From: Dicyema japonicum | Taxonomy: Eukaryota > Animalia > Dicyemida | NCBI GenBank assembly: GCA_011109175.1 | Contig: RDEW01000012.1 | Coordinates: 1,277,220-1,341,219, forward strand | Direction of reading: 5' to 3' | DNA: 64,000 bases | Shown: piece after piece, positions 48,873-62,000 of the stretch | Position numbering within the stretch: the stretch's first letter is position 1 | Layout of the letters: every line of letters starts with the position of its first letter | The notes under the pieces: generated by a model | What the model saw: the letters and a program-made list of their open reading frames with translations, nothing else | What the model was told of the DNA's origin: nothing | Database searches by the model: none | Made by a program: the position numbers and the translations under genes

Positions 48873-51800
48873 TATAGAAAATTTATCACAACGACAATCA
48901 CCAACACTTTTCCTGCACAAGGTCCATGTTTATCAATAACGAACATAAAAAATTACAAGATTCGAGCTTTTTTGGAAGACAATAAACAAATCATGTGATT
49001 TAAAGGTTGAATCTCGATGTTGTGCATTCTTGTTGAAGGTTTCACATATTTACGATATTGTGGGTTTAACGAGTGACAGCGTAATCAATTAATACGTCAC
49101 TTGCAATCATATTTTCTACGGTGAATCAAATGCTAAATATAGATTAAATAAAAGTAAAAAGTTAAGAACATACGCTAATAACCGTTTTTACTCTAAAAAT
49201 ATGTGTGTTCTCGATGAGTGAAGTTATAAATATTATGCCTTTCTCTGAAAACGCTTTGATTTTTATTTGATGTATGAAAGCAAAGCAAATACTAACGATT
49301 TCACAAACAAACTCTCATTTCAGAGTAAATTCAAGAAGGCAATAAGATCACATGAAAATTGGAAAAATTGTTAGTAAATTTCCAATGTTAGGACTTTTTT
49401 GGGCTTCAAATATGGATTAACGAAATAATTGAATAAAAAATCACAACAAATTAAAAAAGTAATAACAACCGACTTAAATAGATCAATCTACTTTGGAAAG
49501 TAGATAATCAATTAACTCTTGGGGCCATTTTTCTCTCACGAAATCAAGCGTAAACTTCTCTGCATTTCTTGAATTTTGTCTTTAATTTATTTTTTAAAAA
49601 TTACAATTTAATGTTAAAATAAAGCATTCCATCTGTTTTATCAAAAGATAAAATTGAAGAAATATCAGTTTTATTGCGTTTTTTAAGTATAGTATCCTTC
49701 TTTTTGTAATTCATCGATTTATTCGTATTATGACTAGAAAATTATTATTTTGAAACTTAGTATGCAAATTGTCTTTAGTTTTAGATCGTGAAATATTCTT
49801 TTTTTCTTCAAATTTAGTAACCAGGCGGATACAGTTCAAATTACAGAGTGGTTCCCATGTGTTTTCTTTGCTTTGATAAATGTATGTTAAATAAACTACC
49901 TTGAATAGCCGACCCATTTAACAAGATATCTCTTCTCTCCGTTTTTACTAATTTTTGAATCAATTATATCCTCGACCTCGAATTCATCTTCTTTAGAACT
50001 CTTTTTAGATTTAAATGGCATGATAACAACAACAGACTTTACGCTTTAATTGATTTATTTTATTTCAGCATTAAATAATTTTTATTATAAATATTATAAT
50101 TTTTAAATTAATGTTAACTACCATAGAATAATTTTATGTTTCTTAATAAATGATTTACTTTTTTATTAACCTTATGTATTATTCTATGCCGGTCAAGCGA
50201 ACGTTATTGTTCTGACATATGCGTATTTTATTTAGAATTTCGGTTTCTTTCGTATTTTTGTCCTCTTCCTTTTTCTACTATAGTTGCTTCATGTGATTCA
50301 GCTGTCTAGTTTTCGTCCAATGTCAGAATGGAAAGAAAAAAAAAGAATTGCTCTCACACATTCGATTCGAGGAATTTTCATAACAACAAAGAATGCAATT
50401 ATTCAATAGTAGAGTTTTGAATCTATTGTATTTTTCTACGTTGGTTATTGATAAGAAAGACACAAGGCAACACAGCTTATTTCATAGTTGTTGTGATAAA
50501 TTACCTGTAGATAATTTTCAAGCTTTCTTTGTTATGACCAAATGACGTACATGAAATGACCTGGAGAAAATTAAGTTTCTGAGATTTTTCGCATTTATAC
50601 ATGTTTTAAAAATAATGATGAAATATCAAACCTAACTCCTAGTATTTTATAATGGTTAATTCCAAGAACAACACCGTTATTTAGAAACAACGTTGATTTC
50701 ATTTAAATTGAATATTATTACTAGTTAAACGTTATTGAATAATTTTTTTCATTTTGGTCATGAAAGTAGATTTTTGTCAATATGTTTTTGCTGGAACATT
50801 AAGGAAATAACAATATCGTTTTGATGTCTTAACTGATAAATAAAAAGTCCGACACAAGCTGTAATAACTGAGTTATTGTTGTGTTATTTGACGTTCCTGA
50901 TTTCTGATCTCATTAGAACCGCTCGAGGTCCTCATGCAAATTTCGCGGTATATGTCTGACTTGAAACTAGCATCGATAACAAACTTGTTTTGCTAGCTAA
51001 TAATAGACAGAATTTATGGAATACAGTTGAAACTCAAACACAGATACCTTGTTGATTATGAACATACAATTTATCAAAAAATCATAAGCTTTGCTGTTCC
51101 CCGTTATCTTATCAATAACAACTATAGCAAAAATAATTGAAATACTTGTCATTAATGTGTTTCTTTGATACACCAGAGAATTTTACGGATGTCCTGAAAA
51201 GTTTTCTTCTCCCAGACAACTTTCAAAAATATCAGCTGTTCATGCAGAACACTTATCTTTTTGTTAAAATTGTATATGCACCTCAACTATTTTTCAACTT
51301 TACGTGGGATTCTCAGAGGACTCGTTATCCCCGGTCCTTTTTGTTGTATACCTTGAACCTACACTAAAAATATGCAAGCCCTTGGTTAGAAAATTTATGA
51401 CAATACATTTTATGCTGACGATCTAGACTTTTTTCTGAAGATACTAAATAGTTTTTATCCGTAAATCCCGACGTAACTAAGTTTCAATGATTACACGAAG
51501 TGTCCGGAGCTCGAACTAGTCATGGAGTTGGCGTGCTTCTAGGAGACTGTGAAGATATTATTCGTAGGAATATTTTTGACCAAATTTTGTGAGTACTATG
51601 GATGAGACTCTACATTGTTTTGCTTGGCCGATTATCTCTTGAGATTCTAAAGCCGCTGTCGTTTCTTATATAAAGCGTTAATCGGTGTCTGAATTGTTTG
51701 TACCTAGAATTTCTTAAAAGACATAATACAAGCGACTCAAATGACGATAGATTTTTTACTTAAAGCAGTCAATATAAAATAGAAGACCGAAGCAAAAAAA

Positions 51801-53737
51801 TTGGACATCGAGAGCCCAACATTCCGGAATTCTTAAAGGAGACTTGTAACTTCTAGATCTAATCAGATGTAGTTAATTTGAAAAGATCCGATCGTAGTGT
51901 TATCACTGAGATGAAAGTTCAAAATGATTTTTGGATGCTGCTCGAGAGTATTAAAGGGATTTATCAATAGAATCTTGTGCCCGTTATTGACTATTGATCT
52001 GATAAACTCAATTACTAGGGCAACCAATTACAATAAATTGCAATTAAAAATAATTTAATAAAAGTGCTATAATTTTTTTCTGGTATAGTTAAAAAACGTG
52101 CTATAATTTTTTCTGGTATGGGTAAAAAGACTATTTTTTTATATTTTTATAGTAATTAATTATCAACAATTAAACAAATATCAGTTGAGGAAGCCTGTTG
52201 CGTGGATTGCGAACGAGTTCCCTCAGAGTATGGCTATTCCAATCTTTTGTCTTAGCCATAACCCTTCTAGTTGATCCCTTTCTTTCTGGCATGCAATCTT
52301 CCGAGTTCTCTGCAAGAACTCAGCCGTCATTGGAACAACAGTTCCCGATGATTCGGTCGCAACAGGAGTAAATCGGTAGCGAAAAGACTATTTAAAAGAA
52401 AATTTCTTTTTATGCAAAAAAATTCCCAGAGTTTGTTATTAACGGAGAGGGGAATTTATTATGTTCCAGTTGTTCGACTGTTGTACGATGTGACAAAATA
52501 CTTTTTGTAGACTCACATCGTTCTACAAAAAGACATTTGAAAGGGCACAGTATTTATCTGAGTTTAAAATTATAGAAGAGTCCAACCTATCTCAGAGTTT
52601 ACAAACATTCATTTCCAAGATAACGATACTCGAAAATCTCGGGCTATGAAAGTAACAGAAGCATTTTTGGAGGCAAACATCCCAGTTTACTAATAGAAAA
52701 ACCTTTCTCTCATACGCCTTTTTGAAGATGAAACATATCATTTGCCACCCGAAATCAACGTGTAGGTCAAATATAAAAAAATCTCAAAATGTAAATTAGA
52801 TACTATTCAGAATCAATTAATGTTATTTTTTGAAGTTATTTAATAGTGGGAAATATGTTTTTCTAGTTCGTGATGAAACTCAAATCAACGGAACTCGCTT
52901 TTTAACTACTCTGAAATGGAAAATCTCCGCTCCGAAAAATCTTCATTTTATATCGTGAGCAACATACATTTTCCGCATATCATTTCAAGTAATTGTGTTA
53001 AAGTTGATGAAAACAATGAAAATATTTTCAATTGAACGTGAAAAGTTCGTCTTATTCGTCACAGATGGCAAAAGATATATGACAAGTGGTAGGAATAAAT
53101 CTAAATTTAGCTAGGACATCAATGAAATTTTTATATCCAAATCTTTTGCACGTCACTTGTGATTTATATCTGTTACATAATTGTTCTCTAAGAATCCTAC
53201 TTCACAGATGTTGATAACCTGATTTCTTATGTAAAAAAATCACGGTGAAGAACAAAAGAATCTAAGAAATGTTCTCACAAATAGGAAATCTAGGGGAAGT
53301 TGCTGTCACAAGATGAGGAGGCTGGCAAAAAGCAGCCAAATATTACGCTCAGAATCTTTCAGATATTAGTAAATTATTCTCTGAAATTGAAGGAATGGTG
53401 TTTTGATCAAAAATGTTTCGATTCTAAATTGTTTTAGGGCAAAGAATTAGTTAATATTCCCACGTTGCTTTCAAGTTTAATCGAAATCAGTTAAAACTAT
53501 TTGTTTTTGATTGGAATAATTTAAAACACCCATCTACTCAATAATTCAATTGAAAAATCTTATGCCGAACTGAACATCATAGAATTTTAATCAGATCGGT
53601 GCAATATAGAAAATTAAATATCAAAAACGCTTAGAAATCACGGATTCTAAGTAATCTAGATTTCTCAAATAAAAATCGCCAGCAATTATTCATACCTCCG
53701 AAATTCTAGCGGGAGCTCATCCTCTGTTAAAAGGGAG
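48873..53737 (+). repeat. 4.87-kb near-identical duplicate of ~14005-18867 (offset 34870), ending at the N at 53738
   Basis: Identical ORFs at 14841/49711 and 16267/51137; includes the array edge, RTE piece and hAT with its CRE insert; a few SNPs near both ends. Confidence 0.95.
49483..50021 (-). CDS. HP1/Swi6-like copy G, intact (inside the 4.87-kb duplicate; may be an assembly copy of D)
   Basis: 539 nt, same structure as D; one synonymous difference (TCC vs TCG) near the stop. Confidence 0.75.
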
Positions 53738-53738
53738 N

Positions 53739-56590
53739 CATACAATCTATATACGACAATCAACAACACCTTTCTTTGGCAGGGTCTACATTTATCAAAA
53801 CAAACCTCAATAAATTCAAGATTCGATACTTTCTAGGAAGACAAAAAAATAATGGGATTTATAGGTTGAATCTCGATGTAGTTTATTATGGTTGAAAGTT
53901 TATTATAAAACGATAAGATGTCATAACTTGTTTTACACTAATAATAGGTGTGTTCTGCATGTGTGAAGTTATAAATATTTTGGCTTCCTGTGAAATCGAT
54001 TTGTTTTTTATTTGATATTGTAATGATAACTCACATTCTCATATCTTAATTAACAAAAGTTATTTCAACAGTAGGAAAGAAAAAACACTAACGATTTTCC
54101 AACACACTCTCATCTCAGAGTATATTCAATAAGGCAGTAAGATCACATGAAAATTAAAAAAATTGTTAGTAAATTTCCAATGTAGAGATGTATGGATTCA
54201 AATATGGATTAACAAAATAATTGAATAAAAAATCACAACCAATGAAAAAAGTAATAATAACCGACTTAACTAGATTAATCTACTTTAGAAAGTAGATAAT
54301 CAATTAATTCTTGGGGCCATTTTTCTCTCACAAAATCAAGCGTAAACTTCTCTGCATTTTTTGAATTTCGTCTTTTTATTTATTTAAAAAATACAATTTA
54401 ATGTTAAAATAAGGCATTCCATCTGTTTTATCAAAAGATAAAATTGAAGAAATATCAGTTTTATTGCGTTTTTTAAGTATACTATCTTTCTTTTTGTAAT
54501 TCTTCAATTTCTTCGTATTATTACTATAAAAATTATTATTTTGTAACTTAATGTGCAAATTGTCTTTAGTTTTAGACCGTGAAATATTCCTTTTATCTTC
54601 AAATTTAGTAACAAGGCGGATGCAGTTCAAATTACAGAGTGGTTCCCATGTGTTTTCTTTGCTTTGATAAATATATTTAACATTAAACTACCTTGAATAA
54701 CCGACCCATTTAACAAGATATTTCTTCTCTCCGTTTTTACTAATTTTTGAATCAATTATTTCCTCGACCTCGAATTCAACATCTTTTTTAGAACTCATTT
54801 TAGATTTAAATGGCATGATAACAACAACAGACTTTACGTTTTAATTGATTTATTTTATTTCAGCTTAAATTATTTATTATTAATATTATAATTTTTAAAT
54901 TAATGTTAACTACCATAGTATAATTTTATGTTTCTTAAAAAATGATTTATCTTATTTATTAACCCTATGTATTAGTCTATGCCGCATGGAGAGAACGTTA
55001 TTGTTGTGCCATATGCGTATTTTATTAAGAATTTCGGTTTCTTTAGTATGTTTCTCCACTCTTTTTTCTACTATAGTTGCTTCATGTAATTCAACTGTGT
55101 AGTTTTCGTCCAATGTCTGAATGGCAAGAAAAAAAGAAGACTTGCTCTCACACATTTGATTCAAGAAATTTTAATAACAAGGAATCTAATTATTCTATAG
55201 TAGGGTTTTGAATCTATTGTATTTTTTCTATGTTTGTCATTGATACGCATGATACCAGGCAGCAACAGCATTGTTCATCGTTGTTCTGATAAATTTCCTG
55301 TAGATAATTATCAAGCTCTCTTTGTTATGACCAAATGATGTACTTGGAATGACCTGGTGAAATTTGAGTTGCTGAGATTTTTCGCATATATACATGTTTT
55401 GGAAATGAAATGAAGTATCAAACATAACTCCCAGTATATTAGGATGGTTAATTCTAAGAACTACATCGTTATTTAGAAACAACGTTGATTTCATTTTAAA
55501 TTAAAGATGGTTCCTAGTTAAACCATTATTGATTAACTTTAGATTTTGGTCCATACAAAAGATATTTTGTCAATATGTTTTTGCTGGATCATATGAGGCA
55601 ATAACAATATCGTCTTTATTTCTTAACCGATATATAAAAAGTTCAAGACAAGCCTCAATAACGGAGTTATTGCTGTCAAATTTGTGGCTTCCGATTTCAT
55701 ATCTAATTGGAATTGTAGGAAGTCCTCATGCAAAATTCGCAGTCATATGGCTGAATTGACGATAGCATCGATAACAAACTTGTTCTTGCTTCCTAATACT
55801 AGACAGAATTAATGGAAAACAGTGGAAACATAAAGCTATCGTCTCATAAAATACGAAGCGGAGAGGCTACATACGAAGAATCTACTAATCTTCGATTTAG
55901 GACAATTTAGAGGAACAGCATCATCTCCATTAACGAAATCAACCATGAAAAAAATATGGGAGGAAATAGTCGTTGCTCCTTTCACAAAACTCTGCTCAAA
56001 TCGGTAATCAAGATCAACTAGCCTATGATGATCTTTAATCCAATTTTTATAATAAATGCAAATCCGTATACTGTTAGATGATTTTTTTTCAAATCAAGAT
56101 GGAGCTCTTTGCTATGAGTTACATCTAAATGACTAGGTCTCCGCAAATTCACTCCGCCATATCTCTTGTTGATATTAGTTTTGTGTTATAAGATTTGTAT
56201 TTTCTGGTCCCAACCCAAGTGTTCTTGTGTCTTGCAAGTGATTATAAAATTATTGTATAAAAGTAAGTTAAACGGCGTGCAAAATTGTAACAGCGAATCA
56301 AACAGTATGGTTTCTACAATTTCTTCCGTGTGTTCCAATGCATGTTTCCCTTGGTTTGGCTTTCGAGCACTGGCGTTCCAGTCCGCGGCGAAAAAAAGAT
56401 AAAAGGGCGTGAGAGTAAAGTAAATGCGTCCAGCTCTTCTAAATTTGTTAAGATTCTCGCTCCGGTAGGGGCACATACATTTATAATGGACTAGGTTGAA
56501 TTTTTTATCCATATTTGAATTGCAGTACTGCGACACGATCTGTTTCTGTTCACACCCTTATAAGACAGTTTACAGGTCCTAATGGATTGG
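53739..56590. repeat. Diverged (older) copy of the HP1+LINE-relic unit; 54270-55720 is an inverted homolog of ~34330-35790
   Basis: Same component order as the array unit around HP1 copy H. Confidence 0.8.
54275..54816 (-). CDS. HP1/Swi6-like copy H, intact, 154 aa, introns of 30, 24 and 23 nt
   Basis: MPFKSKMSSKKDVEFEVEEIIDSKISKNGEKKYLVKWVGYSSKENTWEPLCNLNC...FTLDFVREKWPQELIDYLLSKVD*; 542-77=465 nt. Confidence 0.9.
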
Positions 56591-56810
56591 AAATTATTAT
56601 TATATTCCTTTGTTTTTAATTGTAGGAATAACTTTTTGTTGTTCTCGATTAAATCATATTTGGTCAAGTAATAAGAAAAGTGCGGGAACCTATAAGATTC
56701 TGTGCGAAATGATACTAATTTTTAAAAATGTTGAAAAGTTCATTTCTATATATTAGACAAAAATAAGAAACAGTTTATCTCATTCATCAGTCGATTCGAC
56801 AGAATATAAA

Positions 56811-57133
56811 GACCGGATACGGTCATAGTGGTTAGGTGTCGGGCTAAAGTGACTTAGGTTACGTGTTCGATTCTCGCTGCTGTTCACCTGGTGGAAGGTT
56901 CTACGCATCTAGATGCCAAAAGGGTTTGACGAGTGACGCCGTCATCAGTGGATACTCACTGTGGAAATGGATTTTCTAGAAAAGACCCACGCACAAGAAA
57001 AACAAAAAAAAAGAAGTGATGATCATTCCTTGGTTCTACGATTAGTTAAAATTAACTGTTCTTTACTTTAATAAAGTGTGTGTCCTGCCTATGCGGAGCT
57101 ATAAATATTATGGCTCTCGTGAATAGGCTATTA
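56811..57133 (+). mobile_element. Full-length tRNA-derived SINE
   Basis: A-box GGTCATAGTGGTTAGG, B-box GTTCGATTC; body and tail match 42833-43160. No clear TSD. Confidence 0.85.
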
Positions 57134-57599
57134 AAATACGGTCAATGATTCCTGAGGTCTCAAGAGCAAATGTGACAAACAAGTTATCTTCGAAATGCTA
57201 AATAATTCCTAGTCTTCTATTTTCAGCTAGTTTAGAAACATGACTTGGGTCCGAGACTTAAGCAGTCAAATTTTTTGGAGAGTATGTATTTACACAAGTA
57301 TCGTCAAAACTAGTTTCCGACCATTAGCAAAATTGAATGTGTTCTTCCCTTAGCGGCATTTGTGGGCCTCAGAAGCCGAGAATTTTTCATAGTGTAATCT
57401 TTAACGAGAATATAGACATAGAGAGGTAAGAAGATTCATTTTAACTACTGTTTCGTCGCTGAATGACTAGAAGCCTCACGAGTATGATCTGTTTCAAGAG
57501 AATTGACGTTCACTGAAAACTCCATCTTTCAGATTTAAATTCACAAACTTCATATCATTTTAGGAGAAGTTACATGTTAGGGAGTAGGTCATAATTATT

Positions 57600-58720
57600 T
57601 ATTTATTTAGTTTATTTAATAACCCCGAAAAGGGAACACCGAGAAAGAAAGAGGAAACCAACAAATTAAGTGATCCCGGTACGCCTCAATAGGATCGAGA
57701 GGTTTTTCCTATGTTCCTCCAGAGTACCCACGGCTTTCCTGTATAAACGACGAGCGTTTTTCACTAGTTTGAAGAGGGGTGGGTTTTTTCCCCAAAATAC
57801 GTGTATTTAAGGCTTCTAGCCTTGAATGGAAAAAACGACTTGTTTCTTGACCACACAGACCGATGAAGCCGGTGCCGTTATTTTTGATTGCGGCATTGGG
57901 GGGAAAGATCGGGGGTAGATTTGTTAGACGTGCAAGTTTGCCTGTTAGGGAGTTGATCTTGTATGATTGGAAATTGAAGCTCCATAGGCCCATGAGGCAC
58001 AAGCATACTCTACCGTTGGTTTTAGAAGTTGATTATACATGACGACAGCACATACCCGTGACGGCCTGGACTTTAAAAGGGGTTTCATTATATTCAGTTT
58101 CCTGAGACCCTTTTTCATAACGTTCTTCATATGTTAGAAAATGTCATCTAAGGGTGAAAGTCACTCCCAGAATAGTTGGATGAATCTGTAAAGGGAAAGA
58201 GTCTCCATATATGTTCAAATCCAGCGTATATATTTCTTTTCTGTCTGTGGTGAAGATGGTATACGTTAATTTATCCCTGGATATGGAGAGACGATTCAAA
58301 TTCAATCAGGCTCCCAGGTCGTCAATATGTTATTGAAGCTCTGATTTTGCCATATCCACGTATTTGTTCTTGCTAGCGATAATTAAGTTGTCAGATTTGT
58401 GAGAAGAATTTAATCTCGTCCTCCAGGACATGGTAATTCGTTTAGGAATAAATTAAATAACGCCGGAGAGAGAGGCGTTCCTTGAGAGACGCCAATTGGT
58501 AGAAGACGGGACCTCGATCTTGAGTGCTCTATACAGATACGTCCTCTTCTTCTGTAAAGAAATTGGCTATCCATCTATTCAAAGTCGGCTGAATGGTGGT
58601 GTCAAAAACCTTTTCGTGAGTAATGTTCTCGGGACAGATTCGAACGCCTTCTGGATGTCCAGGGAGACCAATATTGTCGGTAGATGGCGTTTCGGTTCGT
58701 TGAACCCTTCTCATAATTAA
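57600..58720 (-). mobile_element. Jockey/I-like LINE RT to 3' end, decayed
   Basis: TILVSLDIQKAFESVP...RWIANFF...GVSQGT.LS...MYNQLLKPTVEYACASW; ends in an A-rich tail. Confidence 0.8.
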
Positions 58721-58866
58721 AATAGAGACTAATATTTTTTGTGAGAAATTAACATTAATTAAAAAATTATTATATTAAAATTAATAAATAAATAAATTAT
58801 ATTATAAATAAAAATAATTTAATCTTGCAATAAAATAAAAAAAACGTAAAGTGTTTTGTCGTTGCC

Positions 58867-59408
58867 ATGCCATTTAAATCTAAAAAGAATTCTAAAGAAG
58901 ATTTTGAGTATCAGGTCGAAGATATTATCGATTCCAAAGTTATTAAAAATGGAGAGAAGATATATCTTGTTAAATGGGAAGGTTATTCAAGGTAGTTAAG
59001 TGTTAAAAATATTTATAAAAGCAAAGAAAACACTTGGGAACCACTCTCTAATTTGAATTGCATTCGTCTAATTACTAAATTTGAAATTAAAAAGAATATT
59101 TCACGATCTAAAACTAAATACAATTTTCCTATCAAGTTACAAAATAATTATTTTTGTAGAAATTCCACGAACGAAACCAATAATTATAAAGGATGATACT
59201 ATACTTGATAAACGTAATAAAACTGATATTTCTTCAATTTTATCTTTTGATAAAAAAGACGGAATCCTTTATTTTAACATTAAATTGTATTTTTTTTAAT
59301 AAAATTAAAGACGAAATTATGAGAAATGCACAGAAGTTTACACTAGATTTTGTAAGAGAAAAATGGCCACAAGAATTAATTGATTATCTACTTTCTAAAG
59401 TTGATTGA
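58867..59408 (+). pseudogene. HP1/Swi6-like copy I (EGYS subfamily); 2-nt deletion in an A-run of exon 3
   Basis: Chromodomain intact (EYQVEDIID...YLVKWEGYS|SKENTWEP). TATAAAGGATGA versus TATAAAAAGGATGA gives an early stop. Confidence 0.85.
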
Positions 59409-59674
59409 ACTTATTAGATCGTTATCATGATTGTTTATTAATTGGTTTTCTACTTTTTTATTTACTGCATAGTGGTTATTATAAAATCTTAACATTGGCA
59501 ATCAATAATCAATTTTCTTTTCCAATTATCCTACATCAACCACAAAAATGCATGTGAAATACTCTAATTTGAACTGAATGAATGTGATTACTTATACAAA
59601 GTTAAAAATTAAAAGTTTTTAGTTGTGATACGAATAAATCTTATAATTATTTAAAGAATGACATTATATTTCAA

Positions 59675-59830
59675 ATTAATATTAAAACTGATGTTTATCC
59701 AATTTTAACTACCTAGAAAAAAGGTAGAATACTTTATTTTAACATTAAATTGTAGTTTTTAAAAATAATTAAAAAATAAATTCGAAAAATGCAAAGATTT
59801 TACATTTGCATTCGTAATAAAAAATTAACA
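59675..59830 (+). pseudogene. HP1 chromoshadow-region relic
   Basis: AAAACTGATGTTT...TACTTTATTTTAACATTAAATT|GTAG...AATTCGAAAAATGCA..GATTTTAC homologous to exon 3/intron 3/exon 4. Confidence 0.55.
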
Positions 59831-60544
59831 TTATTATTAGCAATTTTCGTAATACTAAAAAATTTAATTAATTGAGATTTCAATTTGGCCATGTATCACA
59901 GTATACGCGCTGTATGTTGCTTCCATCCTCCTCTGTTGCTCACATCCGCCCTCAGATCATCCAGATCCTCTCCGATTTCAGCTTCTTTCCTATTCACATG
60001 AGTTCTTTGTCGACGGCAATTTGCAGAGATAGGACTTATTCGACGATTTTTTTAGGTTTGGTTTTGAATATTCTTGAGTTGGTTTCTTTCTTAATTCAAT
60101 TTAGCAGGCTTTGAATCTATCATAAATGAAGTTTGGTTATTTTCTTATAAACGATTTAAACCACTTTTAAATATTTTATTTAAATGTGAGATAGCCTTCT
60201 TGATACTGTAGAATCTTTAATTTGTAAAAGATCTTCATTTTAACAAAAATAATTATAGGCTTGTAATGACGATTGAGGTCATAAACCATACAACACTAGA
60301 AAGATGGACAACAATTGCGGAGCCAACTTTTAGTCGGAAAATTTAATACAATCATAATGCGCTTTAATTCCAATTACTCTAAAACTTAAAAATTTTTCTA
60401 TTTTATTGCAAGCATTTTTTCACAAAAAGCTTTAAATCCAAAATAAATATGTTTAATTGTGTTGAACATTGGATTGTATTGAAATATCGAAGATAAAAAA
60501 ATTCGTGAATTAAAAGATTACTTGCAAGTGTCTTGTAGTTACGT

Positions 60545-60730
60545 ATTAAAACTGATGTTTCTCAAATTTAATCTATTGAGAAATATGGAAGAATACTTTA
60601 TTTTAACATTAAATTGTATTTTTTTAACCTAATTAAAAACGAAATTCGAGAAATGTTAAAATGTTAATATTTAACTTCGTAATTGAAAAATGGACTAAAT
60701 TAATTGATTTTTCACTTATTAAATTAAATT
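60545..60730 (+). pseudogene. HP1 chromoshadow-region relic
   Basis: KTDVSQI*SIEKYGRILYFNIK|intron|RNSRN...FVIEKW..LID. Confidence 0.6.
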
Positions 60731-61080
60731 ACCTTGTGTGTTGTTATTATGATTGTTAATTTTTTTCAACTTCTTAATTTAATAATTACTCGAATCCATA
60801 TTTTATTCTTATTAAATTTTAACATTGGAAATTAATACCAATTTACTTTCAATTCTGTTAATGATTTATCGCTAACTAAAAGAAACCATGAGACTCGTTT
60901 GGGAAATTGTTACTATACGTTTGTTTTCAAATATTAGAACAACTTTCGTTTAAATTAAGTTATTAAAAATCATATTATCTATACGATGATATCCAGATCA
61001 GAAAATAAATTTTGTATTTTTGACTTCTATTTAATATTGAGATCCATTTTATTCTAAATCTCATATTATACTATTTATTT

Positions 61081-61286
61081 GAAGAGTGACGCCGTCATCA
61101 GTGGATACTCACTGCGGAACTGGATTGTCTAGAAAGGACCCACACACAAGAAAAAGAAAAAAAAGAAGTGAAGATCATTCCTTGGTTCTACGATTAGTTA
61201 AAATTAAATGTTCTTTACTTAAATAAGTGTGTGTCCTGCTTATGCGGAGCTATAGATATTATGGCTCTCGTGAAAAGGCTATTATT
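61081..61286 (+). mobile_element. 5'-truncated SINE (headless) with TSD
   Basis: Starts at GAGTGACGCCGTCATC; 13-bp repeat TATTATACTATTT at 61064-61076 and 61286-61298. Confidence 0.85.
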
Positions 61287-61509
61287 ATTATACTATTTCT
61301 ACAGTGAAACATTTTTTTGTTATCAGATGAGTGCTTTAATATAAAGATATCTTTGTGCAACACCTATCATCCTGTATTTTCAAATGTTGATGAGAAATCA
61401 AGTGGTTTGACTATCTTATCGCTTGATCTAATTTTCGTACTCTTTTTTTCTAGAACTTGAACCTATTTCTTGACTTTTTAGGTTTAGATTTTATTATCTT
61501 ATGTTGGTT

Positions 61510-62000
61510 TTTTTTTTTTTTAAATAAAAATTTATTAAGGTAATTAATAAAAATTAAATTAAGGCATCTGAATGGCCATGCTATTTCCCCTAACAATAGC
61601 CAACGAGATACGTTCTCGGAACCAACCAGTCTCTCGCGGATCCTTGGTCACAGCTAGAATCATGGAGCCGATCTTACGAACCAACTCACCTGCTTGGGGG
61701 CCAAGGATTCCTGACGTTTCCACCGCGAATGGAACAAATAGATACTCCTCCGAAATTCTCTGGTACTTCCTCCTCTTTCGTTCCTCGGCCTGCTTTGAAG
61801 CATGTCCTGGGTCCGAAGCAGAAGCAACCAAATTAGACGGGGAATAAGTATCAACACACGTCGCGTCCTATATCAGGTTTCGTCCGTTGGCAAATGGAAA
61901 AGTCGTCATCCCATCAGGGCGTTTTCCATCGTTTTGGGAAAGACCAGCAGGTTCTAACAGGCAATGGTGTCCAGCAGAGGCAAGGGAATTCTTTAATGTC
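61510..62000 (-). mobile_element. CRE-like LINE C-terminal fragment (third family) with poly(A) tail
   Basis: [37 protein letters not shown]...KRRKY...FVPFAVETSG...WFRERISLAIVRGN. Confidence 0.88.

Noticed and set aside
56811-56885. tRNA gene
   Set aside because: A and B boxes are present but there is no convincing cloverleaf or acceptor stem; it is the head of a repeated SINE.
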